Below are positions 29,165 through 32,000 of a stretch of 32,000 bases of DNA, one piece after another (within the stretch, counting starts at the first letter, position 1; every line of letters starts with the position of its first letter). The stretch spans positions 1-32,000 of the forward strand of contig OY970322.1 in NCBI GenBank assembly GCA_963716945.1, given 5' to 3'. The DNA is from Candidatus Saccharimonadota bacterium (GTDB taxonomy: Bacteria > Patescibacteriota > Saccharimonadia > Saccharimonadales > UBA4665). The notes beneath the pieces are model-generated. The model saw nothing but the letters and a program-made list of their open reading frames with translations. It had not been told where the DNA came from and made no database searches. The position numbers and the translations under genes were made by a program.

Positions 29165-30250
29165 CTACTTGGCGAATTCGACGGCGCGGGTTTCGCGGAT
29201 GACGTTGACCTTGATGGTACCGGGATACTGCATGGTCGACTCGATCTTGGTAGCGATATCGCGGGCCAGTTTGATCGCCGACAGGTCGTCAACCGATTGC
29301 GGCTTGACGAAAACCCGGACTTCGCGGCCGGCGCTAATGGCATAGGACTTCTCGATGCCGGGGAAGCCGTTGGCGACGTTTTCGAGGTCGCGCATGCGGT
29401 CGCCGAAATTCTCGGCGCTGATGTTGCGGGCCCCCGGACGGGCGGCGCTGACGGCATCGACGGTACGGATGATGAGGGCTTCGACAGTGGTGGCCTCAAC
29501 ATCGTCGTGGTGCTGCTCGGCCGCCAGGGCGACCTCTTCGGGCGCGCCGTACTTACGCAGGATTTCGCCGGAAATGTGGTGGTGCTTGCCCTCCATCTTG
29601 TGGGTCAGCGCCTTGCCGAGGTCATGTACCAGGGCGGCGTACTTGGCGGTCTTGACGTCGGCACCGACCTCTTCGGCGATAACGGCCGCCATGTGGGCCA
29701 TTTCGGTCGAGTGCTTGAGAACGTTTTGGCCGTAGCTGGTACGGTACTTGAGTTCGCCGAGCAATTGCAGGATTTCCTTGGGGATGCCGATGATACCGAC
29801 TTCGCGGGCGGCGTCTTCGCCGGCCCGCATAACGTCCTTTTCGACGTTTTTCTGGGCTTTGGCGACGACTTCCTCGATGCGGCCGGGGTGGATACGGCCG
29901 TCCTTCATTAACATTTCCATGGTCTGGCGGGCGACTTCCCGGCGGACCGGGTCGAAGCTGCTGAGCACGACGTAGCCGGGCGTATCATCGACCATGATGT
30001 CGACACCCGTGGCGCGCTGTAAGGCCTGGATATTGCGGCCTTCTTTGCCGATGATGCGGCCCTTCATTTCTTCGTCTTCAAGCTTGACGCTGGTAATCGT
30101 CCGTTCGGCCGTAACCTCGCTGGCCATCCGCTCCATGGCCGTGGTAATAATCAAGGCGGCTTTTTCTTCGGCGTTGTCGCGGGCCTCGTTCTGCAACTTG
30201 CTAATCAGGCCCGTCAGGTCGTTCTTGATATCGCGCTCGGTCATTTGCAT
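29165..30250 (-). CDS. rny: ribonuclease Y, C-terminal KH + HD fragment (frame-shifted relative to the N-terminal fragment)
   Basis: KH domain EMKGRIIGKEGRNIQALQRATGVDIMVDDTP. HD domain LKHSTEMAHMAAVIAEEVG...ALVHDLGKA...EQHHDD. Canonical C-terminus VNVIRETRAVEFAK. Confidence 0.9.
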   Translation of the reverse strand: MQMTERDIKNDLTGLISKLQNEARDNAEEKAALIITTAMERMASEVTAERTITSVKLEDEEMKGRIIGKEGRNIQALQRATGVDIMVDDTPGYVVLSSFDPVRREVARQTMEMLMKDGRIHPGRIEEVVAKAQKNVEKDVMRAGEDAAREVGIIGIPKEILQLLGELKYRTSYGQNVLKHSTEMAHMAAVIAEEVGADVKTAKYAALVHDLGKALTHKMEGKHHHISGEILRKYGAPEEVALAAEQHHDDVEATTVEALIIRTVDAVSAARPGARNISAENFGDRMRDLENVANGFPGIEKSYAISAGREVRVFVKPQSVDDLSAIKLARDIATKIESTMQYPGTIKVNVIRETRAVEFAK

Positions 30251-30674
30251 CAGCTTGTCGGCGGCGTCGGCTTTGCGTCAGCTTGGCGATCTTTTCCAGC
30301 TTCTCCTGCTGCTTGGTCCTGATGCCGCGGATTTCGTTCTTGAGCTGCTCGACTTCGTCTTCGTTTTTGCGCAGGGTTTCGCTGCGCTTGTCGAGTTCAT
30401 CGAGTTTTTTGTCGAGGTTTTCTTCGCGAGTGACCAGCCGGCTTTCCAAATCTTTCAATTCGCGGCGGCGGGCATGCTCTTCCTTACGGGTTTCCTCGAT
30501 TTCTTTTTTGGCCTCTTCCTTGGCTTGTTCAATCAGTTTGTTGGCTTCGCGCTTAGCTTTCTCCAGGTCCTTTTTGGTGCGCTCCTCGGCTGAGCCCATG
30601 CGTTGTTTGTTAACGGCGGCATTGGCGCCAAAGCCAGCCACCAGCCCCACTATAGCGAGCACTACTGGTAACAT
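30201..30674 (-). CDS. rny: ribonuclease Y, N-terminal membrane-anchor + coiled-coil fragment
   Basis: TM helix MLPVVLAIVGLVAGFGA followed by a Lys/Glu-rich coiled coil up to ...QQEKLEKIAKLTQ. After that the frame gives a non-homologous SRRRRQADAND... tail. SD AAAGGA lies upstream. Confidence 0.85.
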   Translation of the reverse strand: MLPVVLAIVGLVAGFGANAAVNKQRMGSAEERTKKDLEKAKREANKLIEQAKEEAKKEIEETRKEEHARRRELKDLESRLVTREENLDKKLDELDKRSETLRKNEDEVEQLKNEIRGIRTKQQEKLEKIAKLTQSRRRRQADANDRARYQERPDGPD

Positions 30675-30820
30675 AGTCGTTCCTTTCTTGTAGCACAGAA
30701 AAGTCTTATTTCAGGCAATCGCTATCACTTCTCTAGTCTGAAAAACTAATCTGAAAATCGAATAATATTGGTTGGTCGGATTTACTCAAGCGCTCTCAAA
30801 ACGCGGCAATTCCTATTCCA

Positions 30821-30850
30821 AATATACGCCGACAATCGCGTTCTGGTCAA
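30821..30850 (-). promoter_or_regulatory. sigma70-like promoter for rny (TTGACC, 18 nt, TATATT)
   Basis: The minus strand reads GGTTGACCAGAACGCGATTGTCGGCGTATATTTGG. This implies a 5' UTR of roughly 140 nt ahead of ATG 30674. Confidence 0.5.
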
Positions 30851-30879
30851 CCGCACGGCATCAAAAGCCAGGCCCGAAG

Positions 30880-31272
30880 CTATTTTTTAGGCGGTGTAAT
30901 ATGCGGCGGGGAGCCGTATTCGGGAATGGCGGCCCGGTCATCCTCGCCGGCCGCGATGGCGGCGCTACCCGTTTCGATCCAGTCGGCACCGCCTTTGGCC
31001 ATTAGCGGCAGGCGCAGACTGTAGGCCAAGGCATTGGCCACGCTCAAACCGATGCGTAACCCGGTAAAGCTGCCGGGACCCCGGAAAGCTATTATGGCGT
31101 TAAGGTCGGCCAAGCCGCGGCCCTGCGATTCCAGCAGTTCCTTGATTTTAGTATGGATAGTTTCTGCCAGTTGGCGATGGGCGGGCCAAACCGAATAAGC
31201 GAGTTTCGTGCCGCTCTCGAACAAACCGACTTCGGCTTCGGGCTTATCGGTTCTGATGGTCAGTATTAGCAT
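30880..31272 (-). CDS. tsaB: tRNA t6A37 biosynthesis protein TsaB (short form)
   Basis: 130 aa with MLILTIRTD...EVGLF and IAFRGPGSFTGLRIGLSVANALAYSL. Confidence 0.85.
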   Translation of the reverse strand: MLILTIRTDKPEAEVGLFESGTKLAYSVWPAHRQLAETIHTKIKELLESQGRGLADLNAIIAFRGPGSFTGLRIGLSVANALAYSLRLPLMAKGGADWIETGSAAIAAGEDDRAAIPEYGSPPHITPPKK

Positions 31273-31284
31273 ATGCTTAACATG

Positions 31285-31752
31285 TTAAGTATTTCGGGGA
31301 ATTAGGTAGGCCAGCGCGGCCGGATAATTAAAGGTCAGTTCACGCCGGTTTTCGGCCAAGGCCTTAATATGGACGCTCAAGCGCTCGGGCGGCAAAACAC
31401 CTTCGACGATCCCGCCCCACTCAACGGCTATAACGGCCAGGGGGTCGGCCAGGACTTCGGCCAGTTCGACCTCCATGATGCCGGGGTCTTTCAGGCGGTA
31501 AAAGTCAAAGTGGTATAGGGTCAGGCGGCCGGCTTTGTACTGGTTGCCTAGCGTGAAGCTGGGGCTGCTGACTTTGTCCCGGCTGCCCATGCCGCCGGCC
31601 AAACCGCGTACGAAAGCCGTCTTGCCGCCGCCCAGGTCGCTCACCAGCTCGATAACTTCGCCGCCGCGCACCTTACGTCCGATTTCCCCGGCGAGATCCA
31701 AGGTAGACTCTAAGCTGGTACATTCTGTTCGCCAGGTCCGCTCGGTACTCAT
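31285..31752 (-). CDS. tsaE: tRNA t6A37 biosynthesis ATPase TsaE
   Basis: STLDLAGEIG...GEVIELVSDLGGGKTAFVRGLA...SPSFTLGNQY...LYHFDFYRL. ATG 31752 gives an N-terminus of canonical length; the track start is 31803. Confidence 0.88.
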   Translation of the reverse strand: MSTERTWRTECTSLESTLDLAGEIGRKVRGGEVIELVSDLGGGKTAFVRGLAGGMGSRDKVSSPSFTLGNQYKAGRLTLYHFDFYRLKDPGIMEVELAEVLADPLAVIAVEWGGIVEGVLPPERLSVHIKALAENRRELTFNYPAALAYLIPRNT

Positions 31753-32000
31753 ATGCCCCGTATAGTAGCGCGGCGGCGGCGACCAGGGCAAGCGTCCAGG
31801 CATGGATTGGTTCCGCGGCTGGCTGGTCGTCTGTCGGCTGGCTGGCTGCCAAGGCGGCGGTTTTGGTTTTCTTGGCCTTAGCCGCGGAGGCCTTGGACGG
31901 TTTGGCGGCGGCGGATTTGGCGGCTACCTTTTTGGCGGCCGGCGGCTGGTCGATGACATTAGGCGAGCCCGGTGTCAGCTTGGTCGTCCAATACCATTTG
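31673..32000 (-). CDS. possible 3' end of an upstream gene with a Lys/Ala-rich tail and a hydrophobic C-terminal segment; runs off the window
   Basis: The minus-strand frame is open from the window edge to TAA 31675-31673 (...PAAKKVAAKSAAAKPSKASAAKAKKTKTAALAAS...WTLALVAAAALLYGAY...) with GC-rich third positions. It would overlap tsaE by about 80 nt, so the call is uncertain. Confidence 0.3.
   Translation of the reverse strand, partial: KWYWTTKLTPGSPNVIDQPPAAKKVAAKSAAAKPSKASAAKAKKTKTAALAASQPTDDQPAAEPIHAWTLALVAAAALLYGAYEYRADLANRMYQLRVYLGSRRGNRT

Noticed and set aside
31276-31289. Perfect 14-bp palindrome CTTAACATGTTAAG between tsaE and tsaB, considered as a terminator or operator.
   Set aside because: The stem is AT-rich with no loop or U-tract. 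It spans the tsaE stop only 12 nt before the tsaB start, within an apparent operon. It is most likely incidental.

Overview
High-GC, gene-dense bacterial chromosomal window using the standard code (TGA is a stop, e.g. ugd). Hand-counted 60-nt rows in typical genes give about 60-68% G+C. I support about 34 protein-coding ORFs and 6 tRNA genes, all with an encoded CCA. I found no rRNA, CRISPR array, transposase or integrase. Housekeeping genes: ugd, murB, glyA, folE, a murA carrying an N-terminal XRE helix-turn-helix domain, rny (split by a frameshift) followed by an alpha/beta hydrolase and ymdB, tsaB and tsaE. Envelope and accessory content: (1) an OmpR/histidine-kinase two-component system with a MacB-type ABC exporter and a small beta-rich membrane protein; (2) a PrsW-protease/zinc-ribbon membrane cluster; (3) an 840-aa secreted protein with four tandem Ig-like repeats, flanked by a cupredoxin-like protein and a clan GH-A-like glycosidase; (4) a DHCR24-like flavoprotein next to a quinone-reductase-like gene; (5) a P1B ATPase with a TPCP motif; (6) a polyprenol-kinase-like membrane protein; (7) a Nudix gene bracketed by two tRNA-Pro genes; (8) an AT-rich single-gene cassette at a tRNA-Arg 3' end. 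Many genes appear leaderless, with a -10 hexamer 6-10 nt before the ATG, and four tRNA genes share one promoter module. RNase Y plus YmdB, a 130-aa TsaB and the compact layout suggest a Patescibacteria/Saccharibacteria-like or other monoderm lineage, but that is inference only. No single obviously novel system stands out. The best leads are the HTH-MurA fusion with the XRE/murB pairing, the matched zinc-ribbon PrsW cluster, the 29-bp-stem hairpin element, the split rny and the tRNA-associated cassettes.
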